IMG/VR virus record: IMGVR_UViG_3300025000_000103
Span: 1-62,005 of that record
From: a virus
Taxonomy: Duplodnaviria; Caudoviricetes
Reading direction: 5' to 3' (one strand)
Length of the DNA stretch: 62,005 nt
Of the stretch, positions 8,814 to 18,900 are shown one piece after another. The notes under the pieces were generated by a model that was given only the letters and a program-made list of their open reading frames with translations, was not told where the DNA came from and searched no databases. The position numbers and the translations under genes are program-made. Numbering within the stretch: the first letter of the stretch is position 1; each line of letters starts with the position of its first letter.

Positions 8814-9314
8814 CTACAACCGCCCATAAACAACGGCACCGCGCCAGTAATCATCAATATCCTGGATATCGACGGTTATTTCGTTGCGGCCCCATTTAGG
8901 CCCACCAAACAACACGGCATGGTAGAGGATGTCAGCCACAACCTCATCCTCTCCTGCCGCCATGCAGGCATCGTAGTACATCCTGTGCACTGTATTGCAC
9001 GGCTCAGTCCTGCCCACACATTGGGGGTCATGGAATGCCGAGGCGATACGGTGCCGCCCGACAAATGGGCTCTTGCCGATCCATGACCACACGGTTTGGG
9101 GGATATTGCTGCCATTGACGATATTGCCCGGGTAAACAGGCCAGATTACCCCGTTGTTGTCCTGGAAAAGCATTATCTCCAAGACCTGAGCGTTTCTGCC
9201 GTCATCAAGCAAGAGTAACCGCAAATCTCCGGTGAACCAGCCGTATTCAGGCCGGTAAGACCATTGATCATTGTTGAACACTATCTCCATGTTGCGGTCT
9301 TTGAATTTCAGCAT
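8814..9314 (-). CDS. DUF1353-like protein
   Basis: V.PG.IVNGSNIP...W.....ASAFHD..C..LYHAV..GG pattern. Confidence 0.7.
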   Translation of the reverse strand: MLKFKDRNMEIVFNNDQWSYRPEYGWFTGDLRLLLLDDGRNAQVLEIMLFQDNNGVIWPVYPGNIVNGSNIPQTVWSWIGKSPFVGRHRIASAFHDPQCVGRTEPCNTVHRMYYDACMAAGEDEVVADILYHAVLFGGPKWGRNEITVDIQDIDDYWRGAVVYGRL

Positions 9315-9471
9315 TTTGTTCCTCTTCGGTCAGCGGCGGTAAAACAACCCACCATTGGCAAGGGCCATACCATGTTTTTCCTATGAATGTGTTTTCCGGA
9401 TGGGCACATTTTTCTGGGCCTTGTATGTAATAAAAACAAATGCTACTACAATACGGCCTGCCGCATTTCAT
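9268..9471 (-). CDS. Small Cys-rich hypothetical protein
   Basis: MKCGRPYCSSIC; in minus-strand run. Confidence 0.45.
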   Translation of the reverse strand: MKCGRPYCSSICFYYIQGPEKCAHPENTFIGKTWYGPCQWWVVLPPLTEEEQNAEIQRPQHGDSVQQ

Positions 9472-9585
9472 AATCGCCCACACATCTTTTTAAATCTGTC
9501 ACACTCCCGCCTGGAGATGAACGGACACGGCTCTTTCATCAGCCACTTGCGGCCCGGACAGTAGAACCGTTCCTTTCTTGGTTGA

Positions 9586-9846
9586 TTACATTTCGTCTGC
9601 TTCGGCTTCCACACCTTTGTTTTCATCAGGCGTCACCCATATATGGTTACACCGAACTTCTTCAACAAATTCCTGTTCTCTGGCGTACTCTTTTTGATAC
9701 AAATATAAACTTGACACCCCATCCTTGCCGAGTGCCGCCCTATCCATCAATGATCCAACAAGGTTTCTACATTTTCCTGATCGCGGGCATCCCCATCTAT
9801 CACCATTTGCGGCTTTACACTCTGGACTAAATGAGATTGTCGGCAT
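9586..9846 (-). CDS. Small Cys-containing hypothetical protein
   Basis: GGGAGG RBS. Confidence 0.55.
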   Translation of the reverse strand: MPTISFSPECKAANGDRWGCPRSGKCRNLVGSLMDRAALGKDGVSSLYLYQKEYAREQEFVEEVRCNHIWVTPDENKGVEAEADEM

Positions 9847-9995
9847 AAACCCTCCCTTTTTAATGGGTTACATGTTTCTTTTTCTTCTTCACACTGCCTG
9901 GGGAAAAACATCTCAAGCTTGGGGCACCAGAACTGCCCTTCGAACTCGTAGTTGCATTTTTCTGCAAGTCTGTTGGCTGGAACAGTGCGTGTCAT
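9747..9995 (-). CDS. Hypothetical protein
   Basis: ATGA overlap with upstream gene, but a long overlap downstream. Confidence 0.4.
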   Translation of the reverse strand: MTRTVPANRLAEKCNYEFEGQFWCPKLEMFFPRQCEEEKETCNPLKREGLCRQSHLVQSVKPQMVIDGDARDQENVETLLDH

Positions 9996-10219
9996 GGAGA
10001 CACCCCAACCCCCCTAGCAATTACAATCAAACACGTGCAGACAGCGGTTAAAGCTGCAATAATACCGCTTGCCATGGTGGCAATCATGATATTTCGTAAG
10101 CCCTTTATTTCGTCACGCAGTTTGCTTATCTCTTTCCATTGCGCCTCATCCGTTTTGTTTAGGCTTATGATGTCGCTCTTGATGCCGCTGCAATCTACAC
10201 ACAATGTTGGCTGGGCCAT
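9992..10219 (-). CDS. Coiled-coil plus C-terminal TM protein (XhlA/holin-like)
   Basis: Start coupled by TAATG overlap; QWKEISKLR followed by a hydrophobic helix. Confidence 0.5.
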   Translation of the reverse strand: MAQPTLCVDCSGIKSDIISLNKTDEAQWKEISKLRDEIKGLRNIMIATMASGIIAALTAVCTCLIVIARGVGVSP

Positions 10220-10461
10220 TACTCTTCCCCTTTCTGCTGACGTGCTTTCGACAGCAAGATAACTGTTCCACCATACGCCTTGAGAAATAAGGCGATCAAC
10301 CCAATCCATGCAGCTTGTTTCGCGTCAGACATGGTAAGACCATACGCGGCAGGAACAGCATAGATTTTGCCAAAAGCTTCGGCTGCCTGGTCGGCTGTGA
10401 TGAGGGTCAACGCCCCCGCGATCCTGCCAACCGTTAAAGATTTGATCCATGAATCTGCCAT
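10219..10461 (-). CDS. Small membrane protein, holin candidate
   Basis: AAGGAG RBS, two hydrophobic segments, charged tail. Confidence 0.5.
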   Translation of the reverse strand: MADSWIKSLTVGRIAGALTLITADQAAEAFGKIYAVPAAYGLTMSDAKQAAWIGLIALFLKAYGGTVILLSKARQQKGEE

Positions 10462-10471
10462 TATGTTCTCC

Positions 10472-12652
10472 TTATTGCACATTTACTCCTGTCGATGAAT
10501 GCTTCCATTCGCTTCCAGCCGATGAATACCCACCTGACGCATGAACAACTTCAGGAATGATGATATTTGAAATCGTCATAGTAGGGCTTGCGGTTATCGC
10601 CTCGGCACCCACAAAAATATCAGCGGGTGGTTCACAGGTGATAACTTCGTTCTCTGAGATGGTATAACCTGCCGTTGCCGGGAGTACCCACGTTGCCTGT
10701 GTTGCGCTGTCTCTGGTGCAGTCCGTATAGGCCAGAACCATCTGAGCATCCCAACCACCGGCCTCAGCCTTATTCGACGTGCAGCTCGCCATGAAAGCCG
10801 TGGTCGCTGCGTTGTCAGCACAGAGGGTGGCTATAAATTCATCGTTGCTCACGGTGAAAATAATCGTCTGCCCACCTGTAACAATTTCATCCTCTGTAAC
10901 ACCACCAGTTACAGCGGTGCCGGTCAGGGTGACTGATTTAGTGGCATTTATCGCCCCAATATCCCATACATTCTCTGCTCCAAGATAATCAGTGGTAAAT
11001 GTTGCACTTAAATCAAATCCAGCCCCAATAGCAGGGGACGTGCTTGCTGGGATATAGCTCCCGTCCAGTTCAGGGTCATCGTTCACAACATCGGTGGTCA
11101 AGAATGCTACTCCATTGCCATTGCCATAGAACAAATTATTTGACCCTGTATGGTCTGAGTAATCACCCCCAGATGGTGAAAAATAAACCAAACTATTACC
11201 GGCATAAAATATATTATTTATCCATGACACAGACGTTGGATATCCTGGAGAATAAATATCACCAGTGGTTCCTGCTATATCGTTGTTGATGAAAGTGTTG
11301 TTAAATATGTTAAAATTACCGCCATGACTGCCAGTTGAACCGTCGCCTACTTTCATTGCAGAGCTTATGCAGTTCGCAATAATATTATTATAGATCCATG
11401 CATCTTGAATAAAAGAATACGCGCTTGCTCCGTCACCACCACCAACGACAATTCCAGTTGTACCTGAATTAAAAATAAAGTTATCATGAATATATAAATT
11501 GTCTATGGTGTCTGTATTAACGTGTCCATAGACTTGTAGTGTTCCATTATTATTTGACATCTCGTTCCATCCGATATGAATGTCACTTAATGTTCCCCAT
11601 CCTGCAATATATATAGGCTCAACCTTATAGCCGTGCGGGTCAGTATCAAGGGCTTTACCAGAATGATGCATATAATTTCCATACAAATAGACATGATCCT
11701 TCGAGTTATTCATCATAACTTCCATGCCTACACCAGTTGCAGCATGTCTAGTGCGCATATCCCATCCAACAAATCTTACATAACTTTCCTGCGCAAGATT
11801 GGTATTGCTCCAATACAAAACATAGTCATAACAATCTCCCTTGAATTTTGAAAAATTCCAATACTGAAGGTAATCGATACTTCCATTGCTATGACGGAAT
11901 ATGGCTTGATGCGCTTTAGTCGGGTGCCCATCTTCATCATTGGTATCTGTTCCATCGCCAAGTTGAGCCACTTCTCCAGGGTAGGACGCAAACGTTATAC
12001 TGTTATTCTCAGTTCCGTTATTATGGTTTGAGGTTGTCGTAGTAGTTCTTAAAGTGATAACTGCATCATCCCAGTTATGGTTTGGGCCTTCATCATAAAG
12101 GGAATCTATCGCTGTATAAACACCTTCCCGGCCATAAACCATATCACCGGCCACGGCAACATTGTGGGCCTTCTCCCACGTCAGCCATGGGGTTGCCGTT
12201 GAAAGACCATCATTGTCGTCAGAGCCCTCAAGATCGACGAAATAAATATTACCCGTTGTGCGGGTATAAAATGGAATCGTCTCGCTGGTTCCATTTGCTG
12301 TAGTGACACTAATTGTCTGTGCGCCTGCAGACATTGAGGAATTGAGATAAAATGTTATCCTCTGCAATCCTCTGGCTGTTGTTGGATTGGTTGTCGCTGC
12401 CCATTCGGCAATACCGCTCTCATCGGCATAAAGAACTTGTCCAGCACAGGTGACGTAGGAGGTATGAACAGCACTGCCAAAATCAAGACCCCATATTGAT
12501 ACAGCAGCTCCCTTTGTTCCCGACCCTTCCCATCCATCGGTAGGGCCGTCTGTCATGTCTGAGAAAAACAGTTTCGGGACAGCGCCAAAACAGACAGATG
12601 GAATGAAGAAAAATAAGAAAAATAAGAAAAATAATATTTTAACGTTGTGCAT
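10472..12652 (-). CDS. Secreted right-handed beta-helix (pectate-lyase-like) protein
   Basis: Signal peptide MHNVKILFFLFFLFFFIPSVCFG; YFVD..GSD.NDG..PW, IYNNII/NNTF repeats, DIGA. Confidence 0.8.
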   Translation of the reverse strand: MHNVKILFFLFFLFFFIPSVCFGAVPKLFFSDMTDGPTDGWEGSGTKGAAVSIWGLDFGSAVHTSYVTCAGQVLYADESGIAEWAATTNPTTARGLQRITFYLNSSMSAGAQTISVTTANGTSETIPFYTRTTGNIYFVDLEGSDDNDGLSTATPWLTWEKAHNVAVAGDMVYGREGVYTAIDSLYDEGPNHNWDDAVITLRTTTTTSNHNNGTENNSITFASYPGEVAQLGDGTDTNDEDGHPTKAHQAIFRHSNGSIDYLQYWNFSKFKGDCYDYVLYWSNTNLAQESYVRFVGWDMRTRHAATGVGMEVMMNNSKDHVYLYGNYMHHSGKALDTDPHGYKVEPIYIAGWGTLSDIHIGWNEMSNNNGTLQVYGHVNTDTIDNLYIHDNFIFNSGTTGIVVGGGDGASAYSFIQDAWIYNNIIANCISSAMKVGDGSTGSHGGNFNIFNNTFINNDIAGTTGDIYSPGYPTSVSWINNIFYAGNSLVYFSPSGGDYSDHTGSNNLFYGNGNGVAFLTTDVVNDDPELDGSYIPASTSPAIGAGFDLSATFTTDYLGAENVWDIGAINATKSVTLTGTAVTGGVTEDEIVTGGQTIIFTVSNDEFIATLCADNAATTAFMASCTSNKAEAGGWDAQMVLAYTDCTRDSATQATWVLPATAGYTISENEVITCEPPADIFVGAEAITASPTMTISNIIIPEVVHASGGYSSAGSEWKHSSTGVNVQ

Positions 12653-13214
12653 ATTCCACCTGCGCCGCCAAATTGTGATTATAAGCTGTCCAGGATACCG
12701 GGTCGGGGAGATAATTTGACCCAATATTCCACTGATTCCCTGAATTATCGGTTCTCCCGATGGTATAAGTACTGGTGGCATCAACGCTTATACCGAAATA
12801 CAAAACATCATCTGTTGAAAAATCAAGAGAATACCCCGCTTCAGCAACCAGTTCAGATGACCATACCCACGATGACGCTGATCTGACAATATCACCTGTA
12901 GCTATCAGATTATTACTCGCATCATAGACAACCACTTTTTGCGCGGCCACAGCCCATGTATTAGTAAAATAAATGGCTATTCTATGCAGCGTCCCATTTT
13001 CTGTTGCCGTAAATGATCTGGCAAAAGATGCATCAGCCCCGCCGCTGTATGCTCCGGGTGGAGTGCTTGATAAAGTGCATGTCGCTCCCTCGTACCCGAG
13101 ACAAACATATGTAGCTGCTGTATCAGAAATAGCCAACCCACCCAAAATAGCGGGTGACAAAGCCAAACCCTGTGAATAGACAAGCAGAAACAAAAGTGTG
13201 AAATATTTTATCAT
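12639..13214 (-). CDS. Secreted beta-sandwich hypothetical protein
   Basis: Signal peptide MIKYFTLLFLLVYSQGLA; beta-rich composition. Confidence 0.7.
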   Translation of the reverse strand: MIKYFTLLFLLVYSQGLALSPAILGGLAISDTAATYVCLGYEGATCTLSSTPPGAYSGGADASFARSFTATENGTLHRIAIYFTNTWAVAAQKVVVYDASNNLIATGDIVRSASSWVWSSELVAEAGYSLDFSTDDVLYFGISVDATSTYTIGRTDNSGNQWNIGSNYLPDPVSWTAYNHNLAAQVEYAQR

Positions 13215-14224
13215 GGTGTAGCCTCAGCAAAATTTGCATACTTACTCTCACAGTGTAATTCACAAACACCGTCAGAGGCCTCTACTGCAAAGCAGCTCAT
13301 TGACTCACCTTCAGTAGCACCTGCGTTGATAATGTGCTCTCCGGCTGCTGCTTGCGTACTGTTGAGCCATATCTGTTCAGTTCCGTCCGGCTCAAGATCC
13401 ATCTGATATGCAGCACCTACCATCATGATAAAATTTGCACCACATGGATTTGCAGGCATGGTGTAAACTCTAGCCTCTGTTGCCCCGTAATTTGTTATCA
13501 CACTGCCTTTAACCTCGGCAGCAAGCAGCACATGAGGAGTTGCTGTGTCGTTGTAGGCCGCGTCTGCGTTGGCAAAATGAGCATAGGCCGGAACGGCGAT
13601 TCCTTTGATATAGACCGAATCACTCTGGTTCGATGTCACACGCCAGCGATCAGAGTCATAGATAATTGTGACGCTCCCACCTTGCGACATTGACAGGGTG
13701 TTACCGCTCACCCCGCCAGTGTATTCAAAAGCGGCGGCGGAATACGCGATATCAAGAGCATAGGCGCTTTGATTAATGATCTCTGCCCTGTCCCCATTTG
13801 TGGCCGATCCTTCTGCGATTGTTGCGGTACAGCCATCAGCATCAGCCACCGTGATAGCTACCTTGTTCAGCGTGTAAAGTGTCGTTGGGGTAATCGTCAC
13901 TGTTCCGGGATTTCCGTCGCCGGAATCAGTACAGGTCACGGATTGAGTGGTATATTTCGCCCGAGCGTTAAACAGTGCGTCAAGCTCTGCCGAGGTGTCA
14001 TAAGCAGATCCAACCGCAGTTGACCAGATTGAATCGGTTTCGGCGGTTAGATACCCCTCAAGAGAATGATCACCCCACCCATAAAGCTCAGTGAAATTGT
14101 CATTTATCAGATCCCACTGCACCCCCCATGTTTGCGTGCCTGCGCCTGTTAAAAGCTGTTGTGCTGCTTTGGCTTGACCACACATGGCGATCATTATTGC
14201 CAGCAAAATAAAAATCTTTTTCAT
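13211..14224 (-). CDS. Secreted fibre/spike-like protein
   Basis: Signal peptide MKKIFILLAIMIAMCGQAKA; INDNFTELY and YGWGDHSLEGYLTAETD motifs seen in phage fibres. Confidence 0.7.
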   Translation of the reverse strand: MKKIFILLAIMIAMCGQAKAAQQLLTGAGTQTWGVQWDLINDNFTELYGWGDHSLEGYLTAETDSIWSTAVGSAYDTSAELDALFNARAKYTTQSVTCTDSGDGNPGTVTITPTTLYTLNKVAITVADADGCTATIAEGSATNGDRAEIINQSAYALDIAYSAAAFEYTGGVSGNTLSMSQGGSVTIIYDSDRWRVTSNQSDSVYIKGIAVPAYAHFANADAAYNDTATPHVLLAAEVKGSVITNYGATEARVYTMPANPCGANFIMMVGAAYQMDLEPDGTEQIWLNSTQAAAGEHIINAGATEGESMSCFAVEASDGVCELHCESKYANFAEATP

Positions 14225-15885
14225 TACTCCGTACCTCCCATGAGGGTTAAATCGGCGATTATGTAATCATCAGCAATTATATCAGCATCATAAATATGAA
14301 GAGAAGCATGAACCACCCCTCCGCCCAGCGAATAACTATCCGGCGTACTCAGAAACCACAAAGGCGGCGGCATTGATGCGCCCTTGCACAACTCATAGGC
14401 CCCGATGGGGTTTGCATCGCCGCAGTAGGTCGTGTCCACTGCGTATCCGGCATCGTACAGCGATTTGAGCCGTGGTCGACCTTTGCTGTCAAGAAGTGGG
14501 TCTGTGGTAATATCCGTTGCATCATAAGTCAACCCGCTGGCAGGTGAAGAGAAAGCATTATAACTTTCAGATGGGGCAGTCGAATTATTTACAACCAACA
14601 CGCCGTAAAGCGATTCAGCACCAATATTATTTATCAAAGACACTTCAGGGTTTCCAATATTTGCAGCGTCTGAAATCTTATAGGCTGCCCCGGCTGCATG
14701 ACCCCAGGAGGTGTTGTTATAAGCTAAGTTCCCCGATCCTTCTGACCAGGCAAATTTAAACCCGGATTCTGACGTGTCTCCCTCTGGTGTTGTTGCTGTA
14801 GGTTTTCCATTCGCAAGATTAAACTCAAACCTGGAGTTTTTAAGCCGGTATGCAGAAAAACCGGAACCTGAGTAATCATAAGCTTTGTTGTAGCGTATGC
14901 GAAGATTTTGGGAATAAAGGGTAGGATCATCATTTGTCTGGTCAAATATCATGAAATTACCATCCCCTGTATCGCCGTTATAGGTATGGTATCCTGTATT
15001 GTACTCAATGTAGATATATCCATCTGCATCCCCAAGATGATGTCCTTGATAACAGTTATTTGTTGTGTAATCAGTACTTCCACAGAAATTTGTAGTGTTG
15101 TATCCGATATAGCTTGTTGATGTACCGCCATTTGTCCCAATCCCAGAGCCAGGAGAAAAGAAACTTGCCATGATATTGTCAGCAGTATTTCTTTCAAACC
15201 GTATCCCATAAGCTACAAGATCTGCAGCCCATACTGCCGCATCAGGCAGATCAAAGAAAAAATGTTTTGCATTCACGGTATGGTTATCATGGATATTCCA
15301 ATCATGATATGTCTTACCGTTAGCACCGGCATGGGTAACTCTGATTGCTTCCGTTGTGTCCCCAAGATCAAAGCGGTTATATCCGATTTCGACATCAGCG
15401 GCGTCTATAGTACTAACATAAGCCTGGATAGCAAAATAGGCGTCAGTATTAAACCGGCATCGAAGAACCTTAAACCCGGTCTGGCTGTTAAATCGCAAAG
15501 GTGTTGAATTGGCACCAACACCACCAGAGAAAGTAAGGGTGTTGAGCCCATCAATAATGAAAAATCCCTGGTTGGGAGTACCGGAATGCATTCCATACTG
15601 ACCAGTTGGGCCGATTTCTGGGGTGTCACCTGGAGCTGGATAGATGTAATACGTTTCTCCAGCGTTGCCATTCAAGGTAATGACATCGGTTAGAATTCCG
15701 CCATCATCGCATACCCAAACTATCCCACCATCTCCAAGCGTCCCGAGATTTACTCCCGCTTCTGCAACTGGGCTTTCACAGGATGAACCATCACCAGTAC
15801 CACCATGTGAAACATAGACACTTGCTGCCCCCGCCACAGAAGGCAGGCAGAGGAACAAGGCGAGTATAAAGAGTTTCTTTTTCAT
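14224..15885 (-). CDS. Secreted right-handed beta-helix (depolymerase-like) protein
   Basis: Signal peptide MKKKLFILALFLCLPSVAGA; VYVS..GTGDGSSC, IEYN/IRYN/YNNT repeats, IGAYE. Confidence 0.8.
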   Translation of the reverse strand: MKKKLFILALFLCLPSVAGAASVYVSHGGTGDGSSCESPVAEAGVNLGTLGDGGIVWVCDDGGILTDVITLNGNAGETYYIYPAPGDTPEIGPTGQYGMHSGTPNQGFFIIDGLNTLTFSGGVGANSTPLRFNSQTGFKVLRCRFNTDAYFAIQAYVSTIDAADVEIGYNRFDLGDTTEAIRVTHAGANGKTYHDWNIHDNHTVNAKHFFFDLPDAAVWAADLVAYGIRFERNTADNIMASFFSPGSGIGTNGGTSTSYIGYNTTNFCGSTDYTTNNCYQGHHLGDADGYIYIEYNTGYHTYNGDTGDGNFMIFDQTNDDPTLYSQNLRIRYNKAYDYSGSGFSAYRLKNSRFEFNLANGKPTATTPEGDTSESGFKFAWSEGSGNLAYNNTSWGHAAGAAYKISDAANIGNPEVSLINNIGAESLYGVLVVNNSTAPSESYNAFSSPASGLTYDATDITTDPLLDSKGRPRLKSLYDAGYAVDTTYCGDANPIGAYELCKGASMPPPLWFLSTPDSYSLGGGVVHASLHIYDADIIADDYIIADLTLMGGTE

Positions 15886-15939
15886 GGCATGTATACCATT
15901 GAAAAATGTTTATGGAATTGCTTGAATATTTTCATTGAA

Positions 15940-18900
15940 TCACCGTGTCGATTTATTATAACTACGGTTAAAATTATCATACACTTTATCCATATATTTA
16001 TCAACTTTATCATTTTTTCCAGACGACTTTTTGAGTTTGCGTAACTCTCTAAGTCTCTTTTCACTTTTGTCTGTAACAAATATAAGAAGTAAAGTGTTTT
16101 TATATTTATTTTTTATTTCTTCTCTCATTTCAGGTTTTTCTTTGAACATTTTCTTATCGAGCAATATCTCTTTTACTCTTTCGTGATATAGACTCTGATC
16201 TATTGCTTCACTTTTTGAACCGATAATCTTCCTTGCGAATGGTATTTCTTTAATTTCTACTTCTTGACCAGTTGCAATTTTATAAGGAACCCCGACGCTA
16301 TCAGCAACAAACCTGCCAAGAGAACCAGTAACTGTATCATACATGTTATCTATCCACTCAGGAGACCAATTGACAAAGCCTGGTTTAATCTCGTTGCCGC
16401 CTGTCAAATCATTAAGTGCTTTTGCTATATACTTGCTGGTTGGACGTGCGCTTCTCCAATACATTTGGTATTCAGGTTTTGGCACCTTATCAAATGGCGA
16501 GTTCTCAGGTTTAAGCGGAGTTCCTGACCATGATTTATTTTCAATAATCTGAACAAACGGATCGGCAATAGTAGGTGCTAATGTTTGCGCAAATGTAGCG
16601 GCCTGAATAGGGTTAAAGGCGTTTATTGCTGTAATGGCTATTCTGGCAGCCGATTCAGTCGGTTTGAATTTCTCCTCCGTGAATGAACGGCCTAATTCAG
16701 CGCCAATGTTCCAAAACAGGTTATACCCCCATGGCAACGGGATTTTTATATAACCACCGTTGCTTTTCATGATAACGATATTTCTTTCTTTGATATACTG
16801 CGGGACTTTGTCATAAAATGCCTGACCGTCATCATCATCACCGCCCATTGCCCGGCTGAAAACATCCATTGCCATACCTGCAAAAATAGTTGAGCCGACC
16901 ATTATTCTTACTTTCTTGCTGCGTTTAATAGCGCGGATTATTCTGGTTGAGCCCTGAACGCCAGCATTTGCAAACATGTACAGCGCGTTTATTGTTTGCC
17001 CTGCTGATCCTTTTGTTTCAAAGTTCGTTGTAAGTTCTTTAGCGGCAAGAGCAGCACGTTCACGGGTCATCAATCTTGATTCAACAGCGTTTTTGTAAAA
17101 TGATAGCCTTACAGCATTTTCAATCGAATTGTTCGCTTTGCTGACAAGTTCCCCTAATCCTTTGAGTTTCTGACGTGCCATGAAGTTTACATCAGTCCCG
17201 GATTTTATTTCTGCTGCAATATTTTTTGCTGTTTTTTCAACTGATGCATAATCAGACAACCAGGACACTTGCCCGCCATGCTTCTGAAAATCCTTAAACC
17301 ATTTTGACCATTCAGAAGTTGTGTCACCACCTATTGCTTTCCATATGCCAGGCATCGATTTTCTGACATCAATAATTATTTGTTTTTTTAATTTATCAGC
17401 ATCGGTATCAGAGATATTGTAAGCTGCTGTTTGAATATCTCTAGCAAAGTTAGAAATGGGAAACTCAGGAGACCACGAAGTATTTACCTGCGCCAATAAC
17501 CTTGTCACAATAGAAAGAGCGTTAACGATAGGCCCGTGCTGGTGCATATCGTTTTTTAATGCTTGTGCGATCCTTATTCCAGGGACGCTATCTTCTTGGA
17601 ACCGGATGACGTATCTCTCGCCGTTTATTCTGGCTTGAATTATATTGTCACCATCTTCTTGTGTGGTATACATCCTGATGTTTCCATGCGAGTCATACCC
17701 AGGAGATTTTTTACTTTTCTCCACTGCCCAGAAATCAGGATTCGGATAAGCCTTTATCAATGACACAAGCGCTCTCATAGTCTCAGCCTTTTTGTCACGG
17801 ATAATCGATTGTTCAGCGGCAGCTATTGAGTTTGCAATAATATTTTCAGCGCGTCTCGTTGAGCCCATCCGCACTTTGCTTCCCTTGCTTAAATCAGATA
17901 TTCCTCTGCCAACAGGTAAACGTTTTTCCGGGAACCCTTCTCTTTTGAGCGGGACATAATGCTTATATGCGCCACGCCATGCTTTCGCTTCTTCTGCCGA
18001 GATTATCCCAGCATTAAGCAGAGTGTTAACCCTGAACTCATTAATAGCGCTTATGCGTTCAGAAATGCGTTCTAAATCAGGAGTTTTGCCAGCATAAATC
18101 TCTGAGGCCTCTTTGTTTGTCATGCCTGATGGTTTTTCAGAAAAAGATTTCCATCTTGATTGAAGCCTCTCTTCTCCTTCTTTGCTTTCATCGAAACTGT
18201 TTTCAAGCAAAGAGACATATGCTTTCTTTCTATCAGGTGAATCGAAATCATACTCAAACTCAAGATCTTCTATTTTTTGTTTCAGCTTTCTTGCTTCGCG
18301 TCCCTCTTTAAGGTTAACCAGATCATTCAGGTATCTTTTCGCATTTATCTGTGAAAGTCGTTCATTTACCTTGTCAAGGTGGACATGTTTTGCATAAACG
18401 TAATTTTCAACATCTTCAAGTTTAAGCCCTGATTTCTTGATATCTTTAAGCAATGGATCAACATGCAATTGCTCAAAATCGTCAATAGCAGCCTTTGATT
18501 TGGCAATTTGCAATTTCGCTTTCAGAAGAGCGTCCATTTCTTCCGGCACTGGCCCTATTTTTTCTTGTACACGCTTTAATGGATCAAGTTTATCTTGCAG
18601 ATACCATTGAAGCGATTCCCATTTTGTTGACTTATCCGGCACTTCCCACAGATCGTTTGTTTGCTCTTCCATTTGTTGGTTAATATCAACTCTTGAAAAC
18701 AGCGGATAGCTTGATGGTGTGGTGGTTTCCTGGATTTGTTTCTGGCTGTAACGGATGTCATCAGTTTGGCCGAATTGGCCGGTATTTGAAATCGCTGATT
18801 TTATTTGTTTGGGTGAGAAAACCATATATTCTTTTGGGAACCCTTTATCTCCCAAAACAATGCCATCATTATGTTTATTTTTTATTTTTTCTATGAATGG

